The notes: a model not told the origin generated them from the sequence alone. A stretch of 32,000 nucleotides of DNA from Candidatus Iainarchaeum sp. (GCA_028700115.1 JAQVTI010000009.1:1-32000), one strand, 5' to 3'; positions 8,075-17,507 are shown, numbered from the stretch's first letter. Program-made: numbers and translations.

Positions 8075-9065
8075 GGTTCTTTGTAAAAAGATAGCTAAAG
8101 ATATATCTATAATACAAAAAGGAGGGGCAATTGAAACTCAGTGGCCTTTTTTAACTTCAGAAGTAGAAAACTATATTGGTGTTGATTTTATCAAACATTT
8201 AAGTAATATATTAGATGAAGCTTTATTAAACAATAATATAACACAAATTGCTACTAAATTGAAATACCCTTCAATGATAACTCAATATATTGCTTTGATT
8301 CATAGTGCAAATGTATTACCTCTTAATAAAAGAATTGAATTAATAACTAATTTAATAAGTATAATAGAAGAATTAAGAATGGACTATTTATGTAATAAAG
8401 GTATTAATATATTGCAAAATTTTGATATTAGTAAATTTTTATCTAATGATATTAAACAAGATATTATTCCTCAAAAGATATCTAGTATTTTATATGCTTA
8501 TACTGAAAAATTATATCCTACTTTAATGCGTTTGTCATTTGAACATCATGGTCCATATATTTTTAATAAAAAAAAATATGTTGTAAAAGAATATTTTAAT
8601 CTTAAAAATCAATATTCAAATATGTTTCCTGTTTTTAACTATGATAATGTTAAAATAATTCAAGAAATAGAAGGAGATTTTAATGTTGATTTTTTTGGGC
8701 ATTCAATAGGAGATTATAAAATAGTTAATTCGATTTTAGTTGTAGATAATGAAATAATTAGTGACACAAATAAATTTTTAGAAGAAATATTAATTAATTT
8801 TATTAATTTAGATAAGTTATTTTTAGAATATACTGTTGAAGATTATGCTAAAAATTTAACAAATGGATTGTTTTATTCTTTAAAACCATTAACTACTTTA
8901 ATTAATAAAGATTGGGTTCCATCTAAAAATATAATTGCTAAATTAAATGGGTTTAAATTATTTTTTCCTAGAGATAAAATTATTAATTATATAAAGTCTA
9001 CAGATATAAATGAAATAGAATTTAAAGTGTACTTAAGTTTTAAAAATATTTTTATTAAAGATTAA
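8043..9065 (+). CDS. Conserved unknown protein, homologous to the 22952-23833 product
   Basis: Motifs 'GGAIETQWPFLTS', 'RLSFEHHGPYIFNKKKYVVKEYFNLKNQ' and 'FNVDFFGHSIGDYKIVNSILV' have counterparts in the cluster B protein. Real start may be an internal Met (8058 or 8064). Confidence 0.8.
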   Translation: MRVIFMLMKIEVLCKKIAKDISIIQKGGAIETQWPFLTSEVENYIGVDFIKHLSNILDEALLNNNITQIATKLKYPSMITQYIALIHSANVLPLNKRIELITNLISIIEELRMDYLCNKGINILQNFDISKFLSNDIKQDIIPQKISSILYAYTEKLYPTLMRLSFEHHGPYIFNKKKYVVKEYFNLKNQYSNMFPVFNYDNVKIIQEIEGDFNVDFFGHSIGDYKIVNSILVVDNEIISDTNKFLEEILINFINLDKLFLEYTVEDYAKNLTNGLFYSLKPLTTLINKDWVPSKNIIAKLNGFKLFFPRDKIINYIKSTDINEIEFKVYLSFKNIFIKD

Positions 9066-9067
9066 TT

Positions 9068-9916
9068 ATGAAATATGAAATTCATTTTAATTATAAATGT
9101 AATCAAAATTGTATTTTTTGTAGTGTATTACAACATCCTCAAAGAGATCTAGAATTAAGTGATTTAGATCTAATTTTACCTTTTATTCATAATAATCAAA
9201 TTGTTCAAATTAGTGGAGGAGAGCCTTTATTAAATACAAATTTGATTAAATGGGTAAAAGAAATTAAAAAAAAAACTAGATTTATTTCTTTAACTACTAA
9301 TGGCACTTTATTAAATAAAGATAATTTAAATGAATTAATTAATTTAGGTGTAAATTGTTTTATTATTTCATTACATAGTAATACTATTAATAATTTTAAG
9401 AAAATAACTACAACTGATAACTTTAATAATGTAATAAATTGTTTAGAATTATTTAAAAAAATAAATAATAGTAGCATAAAAGTAATAGTTAATACCGTTA
9501 TTACAAAATATAATATTTCTGAAATTTTCGATTTATTTAAAATGTTACATGAAAAATATGGTTTTGCTAAAATAAAATTATCTTATCCTAGATTTTATAA
9601 ATTTGCAAAATCTGATTTTAATTGTAAAATTCATTTATTGTCATTAACAGATGTTCATTTCTTTTTAAAAGATATAATTAATAAACCTTATTTTGATAAA
9701 CTTATTATAGAAAATATTCCTTCATGTATAATTAAACCTAGTAAAGAATATAGAGACTGGTCTACTAAACTTTTAACAGTAGATGGAATAAAAGATAGTG
9801 TAGATAACACGAGATATTATATGAAAAAATGTGTTACTTGTAATTTAAGATTAAATTGTCAAGGATTTCACAAATATTATAATTATTATTTTGACGATTA
9901 TATTTTGGAAACATAA
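9068..9916 (+). CDS. Radical SAM protein with short C-terminal Cys cluster
   Basis: 'NYKCNQNCIFCSV' CxxxCxxC, 'QISGGEPLLN', C-terminal 'KKCVTCNLRLNCQGFHKYY'. Confidence 0.9.
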   Translation: MKYEIHFNYKCNQNCIFCSVLQHPQRDLELSDLDLILPFIHNNQIVQISGGEPLLNTNLIKWVKEIKKKTRFISLTTNGTLLNKDNLNELINLGVNCFIISLHSNTINNFKKITTTDNFNNVINCLELFKKINNSSIKVIVNTVITKYNISEIFDLFKMLHEKYGFAKIKLSYPRFYKFAKSDFNCKIHLLSLTDVHFFLKDIINKPYFDKLIIENIPSCIIKPSKEYRDWSTKLLTVDGIKDSVDNTRYYMKKCVTCNLRLNCQGFHKYYNYYFDDYILET

Positions 9917-9959
9917 TTGTTTAGATAGATTTATTAATTTGTAATTATATATATTTATA

Positions 9960-10688
9960 GTGTTGTATATGTTTAAAGGAAATATTTCAACTAATTTAAA
10001 ATTTACAAATAAATTAGATAGATTAAAAAAAGAAACTATAGCTTCTAAAAAAATTACTTTTGCAAGTTATCCAAAAAAAGAAGTTGCAATTAAGTATGTT
10101 GATGCTTTTTGGAAAAGATATTTTGATGGAAGCTTAGAAAAATCTTTATCTAAAAGAAAAGATAACCATTTTATTTCTAATTATAATCCAAATGTAAAAA
10201 TTTTTCCTATTTCTCCTACAGTTTCTGTAACTGTAAGAAAAATGAATTTAATAGATGTAAGACCTTATTTCGAAATTCATAAATATTATAAAGAAAAATT
10301 TAAAAATGCAAATTTTAAATATTCTAAATTTGTTTTAACAGATATAATAGATTATAAGAAAAAAGGGGATTTTTATTATGTTCTTGAAAGAATAGTTCCT
10401 TCTATTAGTGTATATGATTTTTATGTGTCAGATTTTAAGGGTTTTAAAGAAAATAGATTTTCTAAATCTTTTCAGAAAAGTTTAGAAAAAGTGGATTTAT
10501 TAAAGATGAAAGAAGATTTAGGTCCAGCATTAAATGAATTAAAACATTTTATTAATAATAATTCTAAATTTAAATTTAGACTTGATAATTCTAATAATAA
10601 TATTATTATAATTGATTATAATCCAGAAACACATAAATTTAAATTTGGATTAATTGATTTTGCTGGTATGAGTTCTAAAAGTTTTTAA
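9960..10688 (+). CDS. Hypothetical protein, weakly kinase-like C-terminus
   Basis: 242-aa ORF with normal codon structure. 'NNNIIIIDYNPETHKFKFGLIDFAG' is only vaguely reminiscent of kinase-like folds. Confidence 0.6.
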   Translation: MLYMFKGNISTNLKFTNKLDRLKKETIASKKITFASYPKKEVAIKYVDAFWKRYFDGSLEKSLSKRKDNHFISNYNPNVKIFPISPTVSVTVRKMNLIDVRPYFEIHKYYKEKFKNANFKYSKFVLTDIIDYKKKGDFYYVLERIVPSISVYDFYVSDFKGFKENRFSKSFQKSLEKVDLLKMKEDLGPALNELKHFINNNSKFKFRLDNSNNNIIIIDYNPETHKFKFGLIDFAGMSSKSF

Positions 10689-10792
10689 AAATAATACTAT
10701 TTTTTAAGTTTTTTTTTCTTATTTTGCAAACATCTATTTATAAATTTATTGTTACTTGTATATTTATACAACTAATAATTAGGTGAATATTT

Positions 10793-11947
10793 ATGAATTA
10801 CAAAAATTTTAATCCTTTACTTTTTTTAATGTCTTTAGGTGCTGGGGGTATTTCAATTATTCCTTTTGCGTTTTTACAATATACTTTTTTTAGTTCAAAA
10901 GGACTTGTTACTTTATCTGATGTATTAAGTTCAAGTTTAAGTATGTCTCAATTAGTTTTATTTAATTTTTTATTTATAGTTATGATTGTTTTTGGATTAC
11001 TTCATTTAATTTTAAGTGTTATATTAATAAAACATTTAATTAAATGGATAAAAGAAGGAAGATATAAAGAAATGTTAAATAATCCTTTAAAAAACTCTGC
11101 TCTTTTAGCTCCATTTATTTCTATTATAATGACTTTAAATGTATTTATTGGTCCTATTAGATTTTTTATAAACCCTATTTCAAATAATCTTCAAAGTTTA
11201 ATGATTTATGCATTAATCTTTTGGGGTTTAATATGGTTATTTTTAATGTATTTAGATTTAAAGTTAATATCTATATCTTTTTTAAAAGATTTTGATGTTT
11301 CTAAAATAAATTTCGGATGGCTTTTACATTCTTTTGCATTAGGTATGGCTTCTGTAACTGGTTCTGGAATTGCAGCTTTATCTCAAAATATTTTAATTGC
11401 ACACATTGCTGCATTCTTATCAACAATTTCTTTAAGTTTAGGTTTATTTTTATTAATAGTAAAACTAATAACTTTATTTAAATTCCATTTTGAATCAAAA
11501 GGATTACCTGATAAGCAATTTTTACCTAGTTTTTTAATAGTTATTCCAAATGTAACTTTATTTGCAATAACTTTATTTAGATTAGGTCATTATTTAGAAC
11601 ATGCTTTTTCATTTTCATTAGGAGCTTATTTTTTAGTAGTTATTCTTTTAAGCTTTGTATTTGAAATCTGGTATTTTGGTTTTTCTTTATTTTTACTTAA
11701 AGATTATTTTAAAAAACACTTTTTTAAAAAAGAATTCTATATATCTCAATGGGGGCTTGTTTGTCCAGTTGTAGCTTTTGCTGTTTTGGGTAGTTTTTTA
11801 TATAAAGTATTTGTTCCTAATATAATATTATATATTGTAATAATAGTAGTTTTAATTATTTCAGTTGTTTTGTTTTTTATACTTTTTATAAGACAATTAA
11901 AATGTAGTAATTTTTTAAAAAGTAAAAGTTTTATATGTAAGAATTAG
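10793..11947 (+). CDS. Polytopic membrane protein
   Basis: 384 aa with many hydrophobic segments ('LFLMSLGAGGISIIPFAFLQYTFF', 'LFNFLFIVMIVFGLLHLILSVILI', ...). Confidence 0.8.
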   Translation: MNYKNFNPLLFLMSLGAGGISIIPFAFLQYTFFSSKGLVTLSDVLSSSLSMSQLVLFNFLFIVMIVFGLLHLILSVILIKHLIKWIKEGRYKEMLNNPLKNSALLAPFISIIMTLNVFIGPIRFFINPISNNLQSLMIYALIFWGLIWLFLMYLDLKLISISFLKDFDVSKINFGWLLHSFALGMASVTGSGIAALSQNILIAHIAAFLSTISLSLGLFLLIVKLITLFKFHFESKGLPDKQFLPSFLIVIPNVTLFAITLFRLGHYLEHAFSFSLGAYFLVVILLSFVFEIWYFGFSLFLLKDYFKKHFFKKEFYISQWGLVCPVVAFAVLGSFLYKVFVPNIILYIVIIVVLIISVVLFFILFIRQLKCSNFLKSKSFICKN

Positions 11948-12016
11948 AAATCATAGAAGATTTAAGAAATTATATAATAAAAGAAAATAGTTGAAAAAAT
12001 ATAAAAAGAAAATAAA

Positions 12017-13369
12017 TTATTTTCTTATATATTTTTTATTTCTTGTTTTTTGTTTATTTTTAAATCTATCTTGATGTTGTCTTTTTCTGAATTTCTTTTC
12101 TTTGTCCTTAAAGTATTCTTTATCATCATCACTTTCTTTTTTTCTAGCAGATGCGATTTGGTCTTTAACTTCAGAAATTCTTTTATCAAATTGATTTCTT
12201 CTTCTTGAACCTTTTGTATCTCTTGCCTTAATGTTTTTAGATGGTTTTTTAAGTTCAAGATATTTAAATTCAGGAAGAGGCATTAAGTTTACATCAAATT
12301 TATTTTTACTACAAATCTTTAAGAAATCTTGTTTATCTTTAGTTGTAATAAAACTAATTGCTTTTCCTGTTTTTCCTGCTCTTGCAGTTCTACCTATTCT
12401 ATGTACAAATTGTGTTTTTTCTCTAGGTAGATTAAAATTAAAAATAAAATCTAAATTATCAATATGTAATCCTCTAGCAGAAACATCAGTTGATACTAAA
12501 CAAGAATGTTTATCTTGTGTATATTTTTCAATAATATGTGTTCTTTTTCTTTGTTCTAGTCCACCGTGAAGCTTATATGCATTTATTCCGTTTTCTTTAA
12601 GATTATATTCTACACTATCAACTAAAGTTCTTGTATTACAAAAAACAATTGATTTTTTAAATAAATTTTGTTTAAGTAAATGTACTAATAAAGATATTTT
12701 TTTATTTTCTGGAATTTTATAATATTCCTGAACAAGCATGCTTTTATCAACATGTACTTTTGCAGAAACTCTTTTTGCATTTTTCATAAACTTATTTTCT
12801 ATATTTTTAACATCTTTTGTAATTGTTGCAGAAAATAAAAGCATTTGTTTTTCTTTAGGCATATATCCTAATATTTTTTTAATATCAATAATAAAACCCA
12901 TATCACTCATTCTATCTGCTTCATCTAGAACAATATGTTTTACTTTTTTAAGATTTAAATTTCCTCTTTCAATATGATCTAATAATCTACCTGGAGTTGC
13001 AATTACAATATGTGCTTTTTTAATTTCTACAGTTTGGAATCTAATAGGTTCTCCACCATAAACTACACTTGATTTGATATGTGTGTTTTTTGTGAATTTT
13101 TTAGTTTCTTTATCAATTTGAATAGCAAGTTCTCTAGTTGGAGTAATAACTATTGCTTGTGCACCTTTTGTAACATCTAACTTTCCTAGAATTCCAGCTA
13201 AAAATGCAAATGTTTTTCCAGTTCCAGTTGCAGATTGTGCAATTATGTCTTCTCCTTTAATTACTAAAGGTATTGTTTTTTCTTGTATTTCTGTAGGTGT
13301 TTTATAACCTAATTTTTCTACAGTCTTAATTACATGTTCATCAAGACCTAATTTTTTAAATTCGTTCAT
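12017..13369 (-). CDS. DEAD-box ATP-dependent RNA helicase with basic C-terminal tail
   Basis: 'GYKTPTEIQEKTIPLVIKGEDIIAQSATGTGKTFAF', 'VLDEADRMSDMGF', 'LLFSATI', 'VSARGLHIDNLDFIFNFNLP', 'HRIGRTARAGKTG'. Confidence 0.97.
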   Translation of the reverse strand: MNEFKKLGLDEHVIKTVEKLGYKTPTEIQEKTIPLVIKGEDIIAQSATGTGKTFAFLAGILGKLDVTKGAQAIVITPTRELAIQIDKETKKFTKNTHIKSSVVYGGEPIRFQTVEIKKAHIVIATPGRLLDHIERGNLNLKKVKHIVLDEADRMSDMGFIIDIKKILGYMPKEKQMLLFSATITKDVKNIENKFMKNAKRVSAKVHVDKSMLVQEYYKIPENKKISLLVHLLKQNLFKKSIVFCNTRTLVDSVEYNLKENGINAYKLHGGLEQRKRTHIIEKYTQDKHSCLVSTDVSARGLHIDNLDFIFNFNLPREKTQFVHRIGRTARAGKTGKAISFITTKDKQDFLKICSKNKFDVNLMPLPEFKYLELKKPSKNIKARDTKGSRRRNQFDKRISEVKDQIASARKKESDDDKEYFKDKEKKFRKRQHQDRFKNKQKTRNKKYIRK

Positions 13370-13486
13370 ATGTTTGTTTCCTTTTTTAATTTTATAAAAA
13401 TAGATTGGTTTTAAATTATATATATTTTTTTCTATTAGTATATATAATTTAAGTAAGCATTTGTTTATAAAATAAGGTTTTTAGGC

Positions 13487-14281
13487 TTATTTTCTAAGTT
13501 TCCATAATTTTTTCTTACTTCTCTTAAAACCTTCTTTTTTATATGCAGCAACATGCATACCTCTTCCTCTTGTTTTAATTGCATTTATTTCTTCTGTAAC
13601 TAATTTTTGTAAATGTTTTGTTTTTTCTTTAGGTAAGACTCCTATATTAAATAAATATGCTTCTTCTGAGTTTATTTTTCCTTGATGTATTAGATTATAA
13701 AATACTTTTTCAGAAAAAGGTTTGTTATATCCTTTATGATGTTTTGGGTTTAGAACTTTTAATCTATCAGAAGGATATGTTTCTTTAAATATTTTAATAA
13801 CTTCATTAAGTATACTTTTATTTTTCATATGTTTAAAAAAAGAACCATTTAGTCCTTGTATATTTCCTAAGATAATATGTGTTTTTTTAGATTTATCTAA
13901 AAATATATCAAAGTTAAATTTAGCAATTGCATTTTCTGTATCTTTTGCATTATATATATTTATACTTATACCAAAAGGCTTATCTGCCCAGGTAGATAGT
14001 TTTATTTTTAGATTTTTATTTTCAAATTTGTTTTGAATTTCTAAAAATTCTTTTGAGAATGTATCTAATATGTTTACTTTTTTAGAAAGGGTATCTTTTC
14101 CAGAAACATTTTGTTTGTATGCAAGTATGTTTTGTGTATTTTTAAGAAATACATTTATATTTCTAAACCCATAATAATAAATTGCTTTTTGTAAAATAAG
14201 TTTTTGTTTATAATCTAATTTTTTAATTTCTTCTTTTTTAAGACCTATAGATAATAGTTCTTTTTGTGATATTAATTTCAT
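13487..14281 (-). CDS. Hypothetical protein
   Basis: 264-aa ORF with no recognised domain; Lys/Arg-rich C-terminus. Confidence 0.7.
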   Translation of the reverse strand: MKLISQKELLSIGLKKEEIKKLDYKQKLILQKAIYYYGFRNINVFLKNTQNILAYKQNVSGKDTLSKKVNILDTFSKEFLEIQNKFENKNLKIKLSTWADKPFGISINIYNAKDTENAIAKFNFDIFLDKSKKTHIILGNIQGLNGSFFKHMKNKSILNEVIKIFKETYPSDRLKVLNPKHHKGYNKPFSEKVFYNLIHQGKINSEEAYLFNIGVLPKEKTKHLQKLVTEEINAIKTRGRGMHVAAYKKEGFKRSKKKLWKLRK

Positions 14282-14312
14282 TTTTTTTCTCTTTGTAATT
14301 TATAAAATAAAT

Positions 14313-14338
14313 AAAAAAGAAGAAATTATTTCTTCTTT
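14313..14338 (-). terminator. Hairpin plus T-tract terminator overlapping the RuBisCO stop
   Basis: AAAGAAGAAA (14316-14325) pairs with TTTCTTCTTT (14329-14338). On the minus strand it is followed by a T run. Confidence 0.55.
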
Positions 14339-15747
14339 GTGAAAAATTCAATAGCAACTTCTAGTTCTTTATGTGTTTTTGCATATTCTTCAATTGAAAT
14401 TCCTTTTTTATATGCCTCACATGCCTGAACTAAAGCCATTGCTCCTTCTTTTGTACCATTTGGATGAGCATGACAACCTGCACCCATAGTTGTAATAAAG
14501 TCAACTCCACCCATAACATCAATAAATGGTTTTAATAAAGTAGGGTTAAGTCCTCCTGAAACAATAGGTGTACATTTTTTTACACCTCTCCATTCATCTT
14601 CATCTAAGATAGCTTTGTGTGCATGATCTTTTTCTACATTTTCAATAAAATCTAAATCTTTTTCAGATATTTTACCCCAAGATTGATCAAAGAAAAATCC
14701 TTTTCCATATAAATCTAATATGTTTTTAGCAGCAGTGATGTCTGATTTAGGAGTTCCATCCATTTTTCCAACTCCAGCAGTTCCTGTATGTATCCCAGAA
14801 GCTCCTGCAAGTCTTGCAAATTTAGATAAAACTAAAACTGAAAATCCAAAATCATTTTCTGGTCTTGTAAAAGCACCGTGAGCTGCTCTATGGAAATGTA
14901 TAAAAACATCAGGATATCTTCTTCTTAGAGTTTGAACAGCCATCCATCCTGCAGTAATCCCATCTATTAAAAATGCATATGAACCTTTTTCAAATCCTGC
15001 ATTTTCAATCATTTCACATCTTTTAATCATTGTGTCAAAATCTGCAGCTGAAACATTAAAAGAGTGTACTTTTTTCTTTCCAGTCTCTTTTACTGCCTTT
15101 TCCATTGCGTTTTTTACATGTTTTACCATTTTATCGTATGGACAGAAGTCTTGGTCTGCTTGAGGCTCATCGTTTTTAACAAAGTCTCCTCCACCAACCC
15201 AGAAGTCATAACAAACTTCTGCATATTCTGCTGAAGTTAGTCCCATTTTTGGCTTTACAATTGTTCCTAGAATAGGTCTATTATAAACATCTAAGTATTT
15301 TCTCATATCATCAATTGTGTATGATGGTCCATCAAATTGTTCTAGCATAGAAGGAGGAAACCATAAGTCTAAAAGTTTAAGAGCAGAAACTTCTTTCATA
15401 CCTAAAACATTTCCTACAATGTAAGTTAGTATATTTTGTACATTTCCAACTCTATCAAAAAGTCTCCATGGATATGCAATCCATACAAGTTCTTTTTCTT
15501 GATCTAAGTCATAAACTAAAGCATTCATTTCTCTTGAGAATGCAGTTTCTGTTTGTACTTTAAAATTAGTCCCAGTTGAAGACTCAGCTGCAATTTCTGC
15601 TGCTGCTTGTAAGACATTTAGTCCTTTACCTTCTTTCATTCTAAAAACACAAAGAAGATATTCTCCATTTTTTGTGTTTGGTATATTAAAATTAACATAG
15701 GCTTTTTGTTTTTCATTTAAAGTTTCATATAATTCATTTTTATTCAT
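14326..15747 (-). CDS. rbcL: Ribulose-1,5-bisphosphate carboxylase/oxygenase large chain, form II/III-like
   Basis: 'PILGTIVKPKMGLTSAEYAE', 'GGGDFVKNDEPQADQDFCP', 'FIHFHRAAHGAFTR', 'SGIHTGTAGVGKMDG', 'PIVSGGLNP'; 473 aa with the active-site lysines and K/D/E triad present. Confidence 0.96.
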   Translation of the reverse strand: MNKNELYETLNEKQKAYVNFNIPNTKNGEYLLCVFRMKEGKGLNVLQAAAEIAAESSTGTNFKVQTETAFSREMNALVYDLDQEKELVWIAYPWRLFDRVGNVQNILTYIVGNVLGMKEVSALKLLDLWFPPSMLEQFDGPSYTIDDMRKYLDVYNRPILGTIVKPKMGLTSAEYAEVCYDFWVGGGDFVKNDEPQADQDFCPYDKMVKHVKNAMEKAVKETGKKKVHSFNVSAADFDTMIKRCEMIENAGFEKGSYAFLIDGITAGWMAVQTLRRRYPDVFIHFHRAAHGAFTRPENDFGFSVLVLSKFARLAGASGIHTGTAGVGKMDGTPKSDITAAKNILDLYGKGFFFDQSWGKISEKDLDFIENVEKDHAHKAILDEDEWRGVKKCTPIVSGGLNPTLLKPFIDVMGGVDFITTMGAGCHAHPNGTKEGAMALVQACEAYKKGISIEEYAKTHKELEVAIEFFTKKK

Positions 15748-15814
15748 ATTAATTACTCCTTTATAATTTAAATATTATATTTATTATAAAAGATAAATAG
15801 ATTTATATGGATTA

Positions 15815-16090
15815 TTATTCTTCAATTTTTATAGCTTTTCCATTAACTATAGAATCAGTAACTTTTTTTCTAGCCTCAAGTAAAAGTCTATGAAAAGTAG
15901 GTTGTGAAATCTCCATTTCCTTTGCACATTCTTCTTGTGCTTTTCCTAAGAAGTCTTTAAGTCTTAATGCTTCAATTTCTTCTTTTTTAAGATCTACTTG
16001 TTCTAGTTCTCTTTTAGAAATTCCAGCAGGTTTAAAGTATTTTACATCAGTTTCAAAACAAATTCTTCTTTTTTTTCTAGGTCTTGGCAT
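15815..16090 (-). CDS. DUF134-family HTH protein
   Basis: 'MPRPRKKRRICFETDVKYFKPAG...VDLKKEEIEALRLKDFLGKAQEECAKEMEISQPTFHRLLLEARKKVTDSIVNGKAIKI'. Confidence 0.9.
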   Translation of the reverse strand: MPRPRKKRRICFETDVKYFKPAGISKRELEQVDLKKEEIEALRLKDFLGKAQEECAKEMEISQPTFHRLLLEARKKVTDSIVNGKAIKIEE

Positions 16091-16113
16091 ATTTTCTCAT
16101 ATTTTTTTCAAGT

Positions 16114-16458
16114 TTAATGATCACAGCTTTGTTTAATGTCTTTTAAGTAATCTATATTTTCAATAACTTCTTTTAGAATATTAAAATTTTCTGTTTTTAG
16201 TAAAATACTAGTTTTTGAAAATAAATCAATTGCTTTTTTTCCTATACCTTTTGTAAAAACTGCATCTATGTCTAGTTCTTGTATTTGTTCAACTGGTGTT
16301 TTTTCTTTAGAATGATCTATTATGTTTGGAATTATTTCTAAATTTTTAGAATCTGTAGAATATATTGCAAAAAAAGAACAATTTCCAAAATGTTCACTTA
16401 GTTTTGAGTCTAAGTTTTTATTTTCATCTAAAGCAATTAGTATTTTCATATTTTTCAA
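16114..16458 (-). CDS. NifX/NifB-like (dinitrogenase iron-molybdenum cofactor family) protein
   Basis: 'MKILIALDENKNLDSKLSEHFGNCSFFAIYSTD...AVFTKGIGKKAIDLF'. Start possibly at the second Met. Confidence 0.85.
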   Translation of the reverse strand: MKNMKILIALDENKNLDSKLSEHFGNCSFFAIYSTDSKNLEIIPNIIDHSKEKTPVEQIQELDIDAVFTKGIGKKAIDLFSKTSILLKTENFNILKEVIENIDYLKDIKQSCDH

Positions 16459-16543
16459 ATATTTAATTTATATAAATATATATTCGTTAAAAACGTTTTT
16501 ATGTGTTTTTATTAAAAGTTTTTTTAAAAGAAAAGGCTACTAT

Positions 16544-16687
16544 TTATATAGTAGCTCTTCTTCTAAGTCCTCTTCCTCTTCCAAGACCTCTATTTTCTTG
16601 ATTTGTATTATTATCATTGCATTTTCCTTGTTTTCTTCCAGTCATTGGACCTTTTCCATCAGGACCTGTTCTATCTTGATTTGGCAT
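16544..16687 (-). CDS. DUF5320-like small protein
   Basis: Hand-translated, not in the ORF track: MPNQDRTGPDGKGPMTGRKQGKCNDNNTNQENRGLGRGRGLRRRATI*. Preceded by GGAGG RBS and adjacent to the DUF134/NifX-like genes. Confidence 0.8.
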   Translation of the reverse strand: MPNQDRTGPDGKGPMTGRKQGKCNDNNTNQENRGLGRGRGLRRRATI

Positions 16688-16916
16688 ATTAATTCCTCCT
16701 TTTATTGAATTTATATTCATATTGTGTTTGGAACAATTTATAAATGTATTGAATATATATTCAATTTATTTTATAAACTTATAAACTAAAAAATATAAAA
16801 TAATCTTTATTCTTTTTATAAATTTTATGTAAAACCAAACCCCTTTTAATGATATTTGTTCTAATTATCTAAGTTTATGCTTATTTTAAACAAAAATATT
16901 AATAGGAGAGAAAATT

Positions 16917-17507
16917 ATGAGTGTTGAGAAAAATAATTGGGTAGAAATTGAATACGAAGGAAGTTTTGATGATGGAAAAGTATTTGATACAAACAAAGGT
17001 AAAGATCCTCTTAAATTTAGAATAGGAAGCAGAATGGTTATTCCTGGATTTGAAAATGCAGTAATTGGTATGAAAGAAGGAGAAGAAAAAGAAGTTAAAC
17101 TTACTCCTGGTGAAGCATATGGTCCAAAAAACGAAGAAGTTGTAGATTTACCAAAATCAGCTTTTGCTTCTCTAGAAGGTCTAGAAGAAGGAAAAGAACT
17201 TGAAATCATGACAAACATGGGTCCTATGTTAATTGAAGTTAAAAAATTAGAAGAAGAAAACATAAAAGCTGTTTTAAATCATCCTATGGCTGGTAAAAAT
17301 TTAAATTTTAAAATTAAATTAATTAGAGTTTTACCAGAAGAAGAAGCTAAAAAAGAAGATGAATTATTTGCTCAAAGAATAAAAGATATGCAAGAGCAAA
17401 TGGCAAAAGCTCAAGAAGAACATAACCATGAAGGATGCGATTGTGGAGATGATTCTTGTAATGATGAATCATGTTCATGTGAAGATAAGGAAGAAAAGAA
17501 AGAATAA
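16917..17507 (+). CDS. FKBP-type peptidyl-prolyl isomerase, SlyD-like, with Cys/His-rich tail
   Basis: 'VEIEYEGSFDDGKVFDTNKG', 'MVIPGFENAVIGMKEGEEKEVKLTPGEAYG', C-terminus 'EEHNHEGCDCGDDSCNDESCSCEDKEEKKE'. Confidence 0.95.
   Translation: MSVEKNNWVEIEYEGSFDDGKVFDTNKGKDPLKFRIGSRMVIPGFENAVIGMKEGEEKEVKLTPGEAYGPKNEEVVDLPKSAFASLEGLEEGKELEIMTNMGPMLIEVKKLEEENIKAVLNHPMAGKNLNFKIKLIRVLPEEEAKKEDELFAQRIKDMQEQMAKAQEEHNHEGCDCGDDSCNDESCSCEDKEEKKE

Noticed and set aside
12025-12977. ORFs 12025-12258 (-), 12231-12569 (+) and 12738-12977 (+)
   Set aside because: They overlap the clearly coding DEAD-box helicase in other frames and have no domain signatures.
16544-16687. Apparent frameshift in the DUF5320-like small gene
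   Set aside because: This came from an initial misreading of a run of A residues. Rechecked, the frame is continuous to TAA.
16322-16708. Plus-strand ORF of 128 aa
   Set aside because: Antisense to the NifX-like and DUF5320-like genes. Its composition (poly-Ser from antisense of acidic/Arg codons) indicates a shadow ORF.
16886-17263. Minus-strand ORF of 125 aa
   Set aside because: Antisense shadow of the FKBP/SlyD-like gene.
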